Shown: positions 18,130 to 27,582 of the stretch, piece after piece
Layout of the letters: each line of letters begins with the position of its first letter
Numbering within the stretch: the first letter of the stretch is position 1
Source: Dehalococcoidia bacterium
GTDB lineage: Bacteria > Chloroflexota > Dehalococcoidia > UBA2979
Direction of reading: 5' to 3'
Length of the DNA: 64,000 nt
Assembly (NCBI GenBank): GCA_965262725.1
Contig: OZ253555.1
Span: 2,528,001 to 2,592,000 of the forward strand
The notes under the pieces: model-generated
Seen by the model: only the letters and a program-made list of their open reading frames with translations
What the model was told of the DNA's origin: nothing
Databases searched by the model: none
Made by a program: the position numbers and the translations under genes

Positions 18130-21100
18130 TGTCGCAGCCGCGAGACGTCTACCGGCAGATCGCCGACGCGTACCTCCGGTACTACGACACCGCCTTCTGG
18201 GTGCGAACCCCCGAGGTGCGAGCCGAGCGCCGTCACTTGCTCGCTACGGAAGGGGTCATCACGCGAGAGCCCCTCCTGGAGCCGGTGCTTCCGTACCCTC
18301 CCGCGGAACCTCTCGCACAGGTGACCAGACGCGTTGGTCTCAGCCCGGGAGTCTCCGACACGCTGGCCAAGATGCTGTTCCCAGGGCTGGCGACCGGCGC
18401 GGCCTTCCGGTTGCGGGAGCACCAGGGGAGGGCACTAGAGCTCTCGCTCTCGGACGCTGGTGCGGGCCCGGTGAACCCCGTGATTACCACCGGAACCGGA
18501 TCAGGCAAGACGGAGAGCTTTCTGCTGCCAGTGTTCGCCCGCCTGCTGCGCGAGGCGGAGCAGAACGGCGGTTGGCGGGCGGACGCCAAGCCAGTTCACT
18601 GTTGGTGGGACGAAGCTGAGGGGTCGGCGTGGGAGCCGGTGAGAACCTCTCGCGAGGAACGGCCAGCCGCGGTTCGGGCGCTGATCCTCTACCCGACAAA
18701 CGCGCTCGTTGAAGACCAGATCACTCGAATCCGGAGAGCTATTCATATCGCGGCCCGCCCGGACCGGTCGGGGCCGCAGTTCTTCTTCGGGCGGTACACG
18801 GGTGAGACGCTCGGCGGGGCGCGCATCCAGCGGCCCGCTGCGCTCCGAGGCCAGCACGTCCTCCAGGTGGCACGCGAGGTCCGCCAGATGGCTGCCGACG
18901 CTGCGGGGCTCGCCGGCGAGCTCCGTGTGCAGTTCCCTGACCCGGTTCGCGGCGAGATGGTAACCCGCTGGGACATGGTCGCAGCGCCTCCGGACATCCT
19001 CGTGTCAAACTTCTCGATGCTCAACGTGATGCTGATGCGGGGCTTTGAGGATCCCCTCTGGGCACAAACTCGCGCCTGGCTGCGCGACGACCGAAACGTC
19101 TTCACTCTGGTTATCGACGAGCTTCACCAGCAACGCGGTACGCCCGGGAGCGAGGTTGCATTGGTCATCCGCAACCTGCTCATGCGGCTGGGCCTGGAGC
19201 CGGACTCCCCGCAGCTACGTTGCATCGGAACGAGTGCATCGCTGGAACCTGGGGGCCCCGCGTCCGGCGATGGGCTGCCCGAGGAATATCTCGAGCAGTT
19301 CTTCGGCGTCCCACGGAACCGGTTCGAGATCGTGCCCGGCACACCTGTAGTGCCGTCCTCAGAGCTCCCCCTACCGCGAACTCGCTTCGAGGAGATCGCC
19401 AGCCTAGAGGGAGCTGACCGCAGCGACGCGCTGCTCGATGCGGTTGAACGGTTCCAGCTGCCGGAGGCCGTTGCGTCGAGCTGCGCGGGATCACCGCCAC
19501 GCGCGACCGCGATCCGCGAGATCGAGCAGTCTCTCTTCGGGGATGTCGTGGAGGGGTCACCCGCCATGGATATTGCCCTCGAGGCTCTCGCAGCCCGGAC
19601 CCCGGACGCCGGGGCAGTGACCTTCCGGTCGCACATGTTCATCCGGAACGTGACCGGCTTGTGGGCCTGCTCAAACCCGAACTGCCGCGACCTCGACGAT
19701 CGGTGGCGGCACGCCGATCGCCGCATCGGCAGGCTCTTCACGTCCCCGACTCCGGCCTGTAGCTGCGGATCGCGCGTCCTCGAGCTCCTCTACTGCGAGC
19801 AGTGCGGTGAGGAATCGCTGGGCGGGATCGTGGTTGCCAGGGAGGAGACCGGCGGCTCGCCATCGTGGTACCTGGGCGCGGAGGAGGCAGAGTTCCCTCC
19901 CGTCCAGCAGGCTCGGGTCAACCAGCGGCTCTACGACCGCTACATGTGGTACCGGCCGGGGCCACCAGAACCCGGGACAGACGGATGGTCACACGACAGC
20001 ACCCGACTCGCGTTCGCGCCTGCTACCTGGATGCCCGAGGTTGGCCTCCTTCGCCGAACCCCGCCGGGGCGCGATCCAACGGGAACGATCCTCCTGGCGA
20101 GCGGCGCCCCAGATCCTGAGCATGGCGCCGTCCCCGCGATTCCCGAGCGCTGTCCGAATTGCGCTCATCGCCGCCACAACCGACCGCGAGACTTCTTCCG
20201 GGGTACCGTTCGAAGCTCTATCCGCGGGATGAGGACCGGTTTCGCGCGCGTCAGTCAGGTGGCGCTTGACCAGCTCATCCGAGCGCTCGCCCATGACGGT
20301 GGCGAACCGAGAACGATCGTCTTTTCCGACAGCCGTGATGAGGCCGCTGTGGCTGCCGCAGGGATCGAACTGAACCACTTCCGTGACTTGGTGCGCCAGC
20401 TCACGGACCGGTTGCTCGGCGAACAACGCTCGCTCCCCGCTCTCATGCTCTCAGCAGCCCATGGAAAGGACCCGAGCGGTAGTGAATCGGCCCAGCTCGA
20501 GCTCGCGAAGAGCGAGCACCCCGATGTCTGGGCCGCGTACCAGGCCGTGCACCGGTACGGCGTCGACGATGACTCGGCGCGGGCCGCGATCGGTGCCTTC
20601 GAAGAGGTCCAGGCTGGTACGGCCCAGAAGCTCTCGTGGGACGATCTCCTGCGCCGGCTTGAACGAGCACTCGTCGCGCTCGGAGTCAATCCCGCCGGTC
20701 CGGGGGCCAGCCACTCGCACTGGGGGCCCGGAAGGTCGTTCCGGTGGTGGCAGGCCTACGCCCCACCGACACCTGGAGCCTGGGAGGTCGCAGGTTCGGC
20801 GGTCGACCGCCGGGTACAGTCGGGCGAAGTGCGCGAGCAAGAGCTCTCCGTCACCCTGTTCTCGTCCCTCTTCGACTTCACGGCCCGGGACTTCGAGTCG
20901 CTCGGGCTCGGCTGGATCGAACCAACGCGGACCGGGCCTGCGTCCATCGGTTCTCTTTCGCCCGCGGAGACGCGAGAGCTGCTCCTCAGCGCGATTCGCA
21001 TCCTCGGTCTCGCTGGCACGTACCCCGGTGCGCGTTGGTTTACGGGCCGCGAGAACATGCCCGTGGCGCTGCGAAAGTACGTCCGCGCCGTCGCAGACCT

Positions 21101-23537
21101 CCACGGAGTTGCGGCCGAATCCCTGGCAAGCGAACTAGCAACCGCGCTTCGCGAGACGGGAGTGATCACGGAGCGATGGGCGCTGGACGCCTCCCACTTG
21201 CGCGTGGCCCGATGGTCACGCGGGGATAGCGCCCCGGTCCGCTGCATGACGTGTGCGCGTGTGCACCTGCATGAGTCTGCGGGGGTGTGCACGTCGCGTG
21301 AGTGCTACTCCACGCAGTTCGAGGCAGCTGACCTCGACCAGCGCGATGACGGCTACTTCGAATGGCTCGCCCGCACAGCACCCTTCCGCCTCCGGACGGA
21401 GGAGCTCACTGGCCAGACGAAGCCCCTCTCCGTGCAGCGCGCACGGCAGCGCTACTTCAAGCACGCCTTCAAGGAAGAACCTGCGGAGCATGCGCTGAGC
21501 CACGGTATCGATGTGCTCAGCGTCACCACGACGATGGAGGTCGGAGTCGACATCGGGAGCTTGCGCTCCATTGTGATGGCGAACATGCCGCCGCAGCGGT
21601 TCAACTACCAGCAACGCGTGGGACGCGCGGGACGGCTAGGCCAGCCGTACTCGTACGCCCTCACGGTCTGCCGGGATCAGACCCACGACGACTACTATTT
21701 CAACCACCCGGAGCGGATCACAGGTGACCGGCCTCCGAGCCCGTACCTCGACCTTGCTCGGGAGTCGATAGTGCAACGGGTGGTTGCGGCAGAGGTGCTC
21801 CGTCGCGCGTTCAGCACTCTCGAGCCGGGATTCGACGGCGGCGGGAACGTCCACGGCCCCTTCGGGGAGGCGTCGGACTGGGCCGCGAACCGCTCTCACA
21901 TCGCGGGCTGGTTGTCATCCGGCCCCGACGTGAGGGATGTCGCGGCCCGGCTCACCACGTACACGGGCGTCGAAGCCCGCCACCTCGAGGACTGGGTGCG
22001 GGGAGACCTCGTGGGAGAGATCGACCGGGCGCTGGACAACCCTGCGTACACCCACCCCGATCTCAGCGAGCGGCTCGCCAATGCAGGTTTGCTTCCAATG
22101 TTCGGATTCCCTACCCGGGTGCGTCCCCTCTACTGGCGCGAGCCGAGATCCGCCTCAGATATCGAAAGCGCGATCGTCGCGGATCGGGATATCGAGCTGG
22201 CTGTCTCCAACTTCGCACCTGGGTCGGAAGTCGTGAAGGACAAGCAGAAGCACACAGTGGTTGGGTTCGCTCACTGGATCCCCTCCGGTGGACGTGCTAT
22301 CCAGGTTGACGACCCCCTCGGCGACGCTCATCCGGTGCTGCGCTGCACGCATTGCGGCGCTGTCGCGGTACGGGAGGGTGCCTCGGCTACATGTCCGGTG
22401 TGCGACCGAACCGCTGATACGTTCGATATGTACGAGCCGCAGGGGTTCAGAACGGACTTCCGTCCTCAGGACTTCGACGATCGCTTCGAGAGAGGTCCGG
22501 CATCCGCCCGGCCGCAGCTGGGGCTCAACGCCCCGGCGCGGGGGCACTTCCGGACGGGGGCGGTCGAGGTGAGCGTATTCGAGGCAGCCGACGTGTTCAC
22601 GATCAATGACAACGGCGGGAGGCTGTTCGGGCTCAAGCGCCGCGGGAAGTCCGTGCTCGTCGAGGATCCCGCCCTCTACGCGGATCCTCCATACGGTATC
22701 CAAGTCGGCCAGGATCCCCCCGACATCAGGGCTGCTATCGGTTCAGTCCGGCGAACGGACGCGCTCACGGCGACTCTCGTAGACCTGGCCCTTCCTGGTG
22801 GCTTGCGCGTGATCAGTACGCGGAGGCCTCCTGGGACCGCACTCGCGCCGGGACTCGCAGCTCTCCTCTCCTACGCGGCACTCCTGCGCGTGACCGCCGC
22901 GCAGGAAGTCCTCGATATCCGAGCCGCGGAACTCCAGGTTGGACTGCAACCGGTCAGGGTAGATGGTGATCTCACGCAGCGGATCTTCCTCGCCGACGAT
23001 CTGGCGAACGGAGCGGGCTACGCATCATTCCTCGGGAGCCACACCGAAATGCAGCGCCTGCTGCGGCAAGCGCTCCAGCTCGGCCAATCCTTCGAGCGTC
23101 AGCCGCACGCGTCGCGGTGCGGGGGCTCGTGTCCCGACTGCCTGCGCAGCTACGACAACAGGTGGCTCCATCCAGCCCTTGACTGGCGGCTTGCGCTCGA
23201 TGTCGCGGAACTGGCTGCGGGCGAACCGCTGCACGATGAACGCTGGCTGCGCACCGTTCCCGCGCACATCGACGCGTTCCTCTCTGGCTACTCGGGCGCA
23301 GCGCTGCAGCCAGTGCAGCTCGGACCGCTGGCGGGGATCCTGCACGCGGATCTCCGACGGGCCGTGTTCATCTCACCGCCGCTGTGGCCGTTCGAGAGCC
23401 AGTACTACGCTGAACAGCAGGCCGAGGCGCAGATCGCGGCGTCGATGATGGGGGCTGAAGCCCTCTCCTTCGATGCGTTCTCGTTCGGGAGACTGCCGAG
23501 CCGTGTTTTCGCGTGGCTGAGAGGGGGCACCCTGTGA
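18129..23537 (+). CDS. druE: DruE-like DEAD/DEAH helicase with C-terminal DUF1998 (MrfA-like Zn) domain
   Basis: TGTGSGKTESF, LYPTNAL, DELH, TTTMEVGVDIG, NYQQRVGRAGR, several CxxC pairs, C-terminal LADDLANGAGY...CGGSCPDCLRSYDN; about 1800 aa. Confidence 0.8.
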   Translation: MSQPRDVYRQIADAYLRYYDTAFWVRTPEVRAERRHLLATEGVITREPLLEPVLPYPPAEPLAQVTRRVGLSPGVSDTLAKMLFPGLATGAAFRLREHQGRALELSLSDAGAGPVNPVITTGTGSGKTESFLLPVFARLLREAEQNGGWRADAKPVHCWWDEAEGSAWEPVRTSREERPAAVRALILYPTNALVEDQITRIRRAIHIAARPDRSGPQFFFGRYTGETLGGARIQRPAALRGQHVLQVAREVRQMAADAAGLAGELRVQFPDPVRGEMVTRWDMVAAPPDILVSNFSMLNVMLMRGFEDPLWAQTRAWLRDDRNVFTLVIDELHQQRGTPGSEVALVIRNLLMRLGLEPDSPQLRCIGTSASLEPGGPASGDGLPEEYLEQFFGVPRNRFEIVPGTPVVPSSELPLPRTRFEEIASLEGADRSDALLDAVERFQLPEAVASSCAGSPPRATAIREIEQSLFGDVVEGSPAMDIALEALAARTPDAGAVTFRSHMFIRNVTGLWACSNPNCRDLDDRWRHADRRIGRLFTSPTPACSCGSRVLELLYCEQCGEESLGGIVVAREETGGSPSWYLGAEEAEFPPVQQARVNQRLYDRYMWYRPGPPEPGTDGWSHDSTRLAFAPATWMPEVGLLRRTPPGRDPTGTILLASGAPDPEHGAVPAIPERCPNCAHRRHNRPRDFFRGTVRSSIRGMRTGFARVSQVALDQLIRALAHDGGEPRTIVFSDSRDEAAVAAAGIELNHFRDLVRQLTDRLLGEQRSLPALMLSAAHGKDPSGSESAQLELAKSEHPDVWAAYQAVHRYGVDDDSARAAIGAFEEVQAGTAQKLSWDDLLRRLERALVALGVNPAGPGASHSHWGPGRSFRWWQAYAPPTPGAWEVAGSAVDRRVQSGEVREQELSVTLFSSLFDFTARDFESLGLGWIEPTRTGPASIGSLSPAETRELLLSAIRILGLAGTYPGARWFTGRENMPVALRKYVRAVADLHGVAAESLASELATALRETGVITERWALDASHLRVARWSRGDSAPVRCMTCARVHLHESAGVCTSRECYSTQFEAADLDQRDDGYFEWLARTAPFRLRTEELTGQTKPLSVQRARQRYFKHAFKEEPAEHALSHGIDVLSVTTTMEVGVDIGSLRSIVMANMPPQRFNYQQRVGRAGRLGQPYSYALTVCRDQTHDDYYFNHPERITGDRPPSPYLDLARESIVQRVVAAEVLRRAFSTLEPGFDGGGNVHGPFGEASDWAANRSHIAGWLSSGPDVRDVAARLTTYTGVEARHLEDWVRGDLVGEIDRALDNPAYTHPDLSERLANAGLLPMFGFPTRVRPLYWREPRSASDIESAIVADRDIELAVSNFAPGSEVVKDKQKHTVVGFAHWIPSGGRAIQVDDPLGDAHPVLRCTHCGAVAVREGASATCPVCDRTADTFDMYEPQGFRTDFRPQDFDDRFERGPASARPQLGLNAPARGHFRTGAVEVSVFEAADVFTINDNGGRLFGLKRRGKSVLVEDPALYADPPYGIQVGQDPPDIRAAIGSVRRTDALTATLVDLALPGGLRVISTRRPPGTALAPGLAALLSYAALLRVTAAQEVLDIRAAELQVGLQPVRVDGDLTQRIFLADDLANGAGYASFLGSHTEMQRLLRQALQLGQSFERQPHASRCGGSCPDCLRSYDNRWLHPALDWRLALDVAELAAGEPLHDERWLRTVPAHIDAFLSGYSGAALQPVQLGPLAGILHADLRRAVFISPPLWPFESQYYAEQQAEAQIAASMMGAEALSFDAFSFGRLPSRVFAWLRGGTL

Positions 23538-23649
23538 TCGCCGCCCGTTCACCTCAACCGCTTCCGATCGCGTCGATCTCAGCGACGCAGTTCGCGGTCC
23601 TCTCGGACTGCGTGTGTCAGGCGGCCTTCGGACGCGACCCGTTGTTGTA

Positions 23650-23833
23650 GTTGACCGGACCCCTTCGCGAGGCTACCGCTATGAGAGTCCACCCGATTGT
23701 TCCGCCCTCCATTGCTCGGCGTAGGTAGCCGGGGAGAGCCAGCCCACGCTGATGTGCGGCGCGTCGTGCTGTACTCGATCCACCAGTCCTCGATCAGCAC
23801 CTGCGCCTCGAGCAGGCTGTCGAACCGCATTGC
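23650..23833 (-). pseudogene. IS3-family transposase C-terminal remnant
   Basis: FDSLLEAQVLIEDW.IEY..., then GWLSPATYAEQW in another frame, ending near GGGGTCCGGTCA terminal-repeat-like sequence. Confidence 0.65.
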
Positions 23834-24975
23834 GCTGTGAGCCACGCGCGGTAGCCCGCAACTTCGTAGCGGGCATCGGTCAGCAACCGTTCCGTCTCGC
23901 CGATCAATTCTTCATTCAAGTCCGGCTGCTGTTCAAGGGTGGTGTCGACATCTAGACGGCGGGTTGAGCGCTTCACGATGGCCTTCGCGGTTGCGCACTC
24001 ATCTACCGATGCCGGCGCGGCCAGCGAGAACGCGTCTGGCGACGCTGCGATGACCGGATCGAAGCGAAGGGCGAACGAGACCAAGTCCTCCCGGACGGCA
24101 ACGGGATCGATTCGGTACCCATGTGTGCTTGCGAGCTGGACGCGACTGGGACCATAAACCTGCACCAGCGCCGACAGCCACTTGCAAATGGCAGCGGTCA
24201 TGAGAATGAGAAGGTCGGCCTCGCTGCACGTCGCAGGATCAATGGACTCCACATCCGATTCCAGTAGCTCCTCGCACGCTTCGGCGAATCCCTCGCAGTT
24301 GGCGACATTCTCACGAAAAAGACCCATGAGCCGCTGCTCGGCACCTGCGTCAAACATCCCACGTCCTATCCTCGTCGTGATGAGCAGAAGCCATGGGTTG
24401 TGGTTTCGCGCTTGAAAAGCCGTCAGCTGCGCCAGTGCCTCGTAGATCGATCCGCCGCTCTGCGGCGACTCGGATGCAAGCCCGTCGCAGAGGTCAATGT
24501 TGACAACATCGAACGGGCCGAGCTGCTCGGTCCGAGACCACGCGATCGACTTCGGATTGCCGATGCGCCGGAAATCATCGTGAATTACCCTGGACTGCGG
24601 ATCGACATTTGGCAGCCGCCGTACTTCGTCGAGCGAAACGCTCAGTTGGAGGTGCGCGGAGTTGCCGGGCTGCGCTTCCGTGTTGAATCCAAGGAAGCGC
24701 AGTGGGCGGTCGGTCGCTCGGCAAAGCTCCTCGTGCAGGTACCGCAGATCGATCAAGTCTGTACCAGGCAGGCCCAAGTAACGCAGCGGATCCCCCGGTT
24801 CCCGCTTCTCGTAGAGGCGCCGGAGCAAGACTGACAACTGCTCGCGCCGGACGAACTGCTTGCGTGGCCTGTGCCACGACTTGAACTCCTTCGGTTCCGC
24901 CTGCGTAGGCAGATATTCGATACCGCCAAAGATTCCTGCGATTAGATCGTCATGATCGCCCGATTGCTCGGTCAT
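23794..24975 (-). CDS. Conserved hypothetical partner of the MORC ATPase, possible Rossmann/methyltransferase-like fold
   Basis: WHRPRKQFVR, LRYLGLPGTDLIDL, FDVVNIDLCD; ATGA overlap with the MORC gene; last residues come from the IS3 remnant. Confidence 0.7.
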   Translation of the reverse strand: MTEQSGDHDDLIAGIFGGIEYLPTQAEPKEFKSWHRPRKQFVRREQLSVLLRRLYEKREPGDPLRYLGLPGTDLIDLRYLHEELCRATDRPLRFLGFNTEAQPGNSAHLQLSVSLDEVRRLPNVDPQSRVIHDDFRRIGNPKSIAWSRTEQLGPFDVVNIDLCDGLASESPQSGGSIYEALAQLTAFQARNHNPWLLLITTRIGRGMFDAGAEQRLMGLFRENVANCEGFAEACEELLESDVESIDPATCSEADLLILMTAAICKWLSALVQVYGPSRVQLASTHGYRIDPVAVREDLVSFALRFDPVIAASPDAFSLAAPASVDECATAKAIVKRSTRRLDVDTTLEQQPDLNEELIGETERLLTDARYEVAGYRAWLTAQCGSTACSRRRC

Positions 24976-26936
24976 TGATCGGACGTCTCGAGGATCTGAC
25001 GCATCCCGGAGAGGAGCCGTTCCTGCTGCTGGTCGGTCAGGCCCTCAAAAACTCCATACGCGGCGAGGACCTGGACGATCGTGCGCAGCTTACGCTCGGC
25101 TGAATCGCCCCGGCGCGTGCCCCGCCGGTCGAGTTCGCGGAAGACCGGCTCGCGCCTGAACCGATACGCTCCGGGCCTGGCAGGTGTCAGCTCGTCGGCC
25201 TCATCGGCGAAGTCGACCGGCGGCGGTTCCGCGCCTGGATCGTCGGACTCGTCCCGCCATGCTCGGGCTGCGACACTCGACAGAGCCTCCTCTTCCTCGT
25301 CCGCGGCGGCCTCGCGGGTAGCTGTGCGGATTGCAGCCGCGATGCGCTTCTGAACCGTCGCCACGCGCCTGAGCGACGCGTGGAGCCACTGCGTGAGGTA
25401 TACGACGTGTGGATGGGCGTAATTGAACGACTCACGATCGATGTTCAGCGCCGCTTCCAGACCCTCCGAGACAAATATCTCACACGAGATCTGCCTCAGC
25501 CGCGTCTGCTCGGATACCTGATACCGCAGGAACGTCGGGTCGAACAGCGTTCCGCTCGATCCGTGAACCCGGACGAGAACGCCCTGATGCTCGGTAGGAG
25601 CGATCTTCGGCGCCCACATGAGGTATGCCTCGAACTCAAGTGGGCCGCCAGTGAGTTCGGGCGGCACGCCGTCGAATTCCTCTCGGCATCGTCCGACGAC
25701 GAGGATCGGCTTCTTGACTGCGTGGCTCGTCTCAGGGAGATTCCTGAACAAGAGGGGACGAGCGAGCCGCAGGTCGTCGACGAGTACAGTGAAGTCGCTC
25801 CCGACATCGGCTGCAGAGCCGATCGACTTGCTCAGGCGAATTGTCTCGTCGTCGGTGAGTTTGAACTCGGCTGCTGCTTCTCTGATGGACTGCGGCATTT
25901 CGAAGAGACGGAGCTCGTCCTGAAGCAGAAGGTCGAATGGGTTACCCGAGACGTACGGCGCGGGAATAGCCAGACTCAGCTGCCACACCATCCGGAGGTA
26001 GTAGTCAAAGATGCGTTCGAGCTGGGGGTTGGGTGTTCCTCGCTCAACGCGCTGCCATACAGCCTTGACCAGCTTCTCGAAGGCGACCTCTGGTCGATCA
26101 TCGCGAGACCACGGGAGGCTGCTGTAGGCATCGGCGTCATTCTGGAGAACACCGGCGTCATCCGGCCGCACGCGCCCGATGTGGAAGTCAGGCGGCCTGA
26201 GGTCCCGGTTCCTCGCTTCGCTAGGCGCCAAGGCGGGGTCGGAATCGATAACCGCCCACAGGTCACGGCTCTGGAGCCTGTCGCGAGTCTGCGGCCGTAT
26301 GTCAGTGAGGATGATCGTCGTACCGTGCGAGTGGGCGTCGGAAGCTGGCTCGCGCCAGATCGTCACCCGCCCCGCCTCGTACGCCCCTTCTTCGTTCGGC
26401 CTAGGCGCACCCTCGTCCGAGTATTGGCGGAGCACGACCGATGCGATGGTCCGGAAGGGATCACCAGCTGTCGTCGTGATGATCTGGAAGCGGTGGGTCA
26501 GCTGGGCGACTGAGAAGAGGCCGATCCCAATCTTCCCGATGAGTCGGCGCCCCGACGGGCTGAGCGCTAAGTCCGTGGTACTCGCGATTCCAAGCTCGGC
26601 TCCATCGGGTGACCGCTTCGCGCTGCCCCCGATGTGGTGGAGCAGGTGGGCAAGAGCGGCGGGTGTCATACCCATGCCGTCGTCCTCCACCGACAGCGCG
26701 TGGAACCGGGGTCGATCGGTCTTTATGACTACCTGTTTCGCATCTGCGTCGTAGGCGTTCGACACAAGCTCCCGTATCGCCGACCCCGGCTGCCGGTAGA
26801 TGCCGTCAGTGACACGGGCAAGAACCTGCTCGTCTGTCCGGAGAACGGTGCTGACGGGGGATTCGCTGGAGCTGACTGCTATATGGGCAGCGAGGACGGC
26901 GTCCTCCTCGCGTCGTGGATCGTGCGCCGGGGTCAC
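24972..26936 (-). CDS. MORC/GHKL (HATPase_c_3) ATPase
   Basis: IRELVSNAYDA, VEDDGMGM, IGKIGIGLFS, HGTTIIL GHKL motifs; LNIDRESF S5-fold motif; probable GTG start 26936. Confidence 0.9.
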   Translation of the reverse strand: MTPAHDPRREEDAVLAAHIAVSSSESPVSTVLRTDEQVLARVTDGIYRQPGSAIRELVSNAYDADAKQVVIKTDRPRFHALSVEDDGMGMTPAALAHLLHHIGGSAKRSPDGAELGIASTTDLALSPSGRRLIGKIGIGLFSVAQLTHRFQIITTTAGDPFRTIASVVLRQYSDEGAPRPNEEGAYEAGRVTIWREPASDAHSHGTTIILTDIRPQTRDRLQSRDLWAVIDSDPALAPSEARNRDLRPPDFHIGRVRPDDAGVLQNDADAYSSLPWSRDDRPEVAFEKLVKAVWQRVERGTPNPQLERIFDYYLRMVWQLSLAIPAPYVSGNPFDLLLQDELRLFEMPQSIREAAAEFKLTDDETIRLSKSIGSAADVGSDFTVLVDDLRLARPLLFRNLPETSHAVKKPILVVGRCREEFDGVPPELTGGPLEFEAYLMWAPKIAPTEHQGVLVRVHGSSGTLFDPTFLRYQVSEQTRLRQISCEIFVSEGLEAALNIDRESFNYAHPHVVYLTQWLHASLRRVATVQKRIAAAIRTATREAAADEEEEALSSVAARAWRDESDDPGAEPPPVDFADEADELTPARPGAYRFRREPVFRELDRRGTRRGDSAERKLRTIVQVLAAYGVFEGLTDQQQERLLSGMRQILETSDQ

Positions 26937-27582
26937 CGATTCCCCCAGCTGCGCGGATGGAGAGGATCCAGCGCTTGTCGCCGTGGGGGCCGCACGGCCG
27001 CGATCCATGCCGACGAGCATCGAAGGCCCGTCACCCCTCGGGGGTCCGAGTCCGCGTCCAGCAGGGGCGGCGTGAAGTGGAGACCAGCGGCGTTCTCGAC
27101 GATGTGCGAACCCGCCAGCGCTCCGCGCTGGCGGTCGAGGGCGTAGCTCGTTTGAAGAAGGTAAGGGGCCATTTCACCCTGTCACACCCACCCCACTCTA
27201 CAGGGACGATGTGGACAGTAGCTTCGCGAGGAGCGCTGGTTTCCGCCAGATGGCGATGACGTCCGCGCGTTTATGCGAGGTTACACACCGCCCCCCGACG
27301 GGAGGTGATGGTGGAGGCCCTCAACGGGGTCGGGCATTCCGATACACTGCGCTACAGGTCGAGGCCCGACGCGGGGCCAGAATCAGGTTCCGGGCTGAGT
27401 CCGCATCGTTCTCGCGTGGCGGAGTAGCGGCGAGACCTGAACCCGCCCCGGCTCCGAGGGTGGCTGCGCCAGCTCTTAGGTCGAGCAGCCCCCGGAGAAG
27501 AAGGCGCACGGAACCGGCATCGGCGGTGCGGTTGTGCTTACCATGATCCGGGCTGCCTCTCGGTCGGAATGCTGAGGACTGA

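Noticed and set aside
26933-27172. 79-aa ORF overlapping the MORC start
   Set aside because: The GTGA overlap is suggestive, but there is no recognisable motif; left uncalled.
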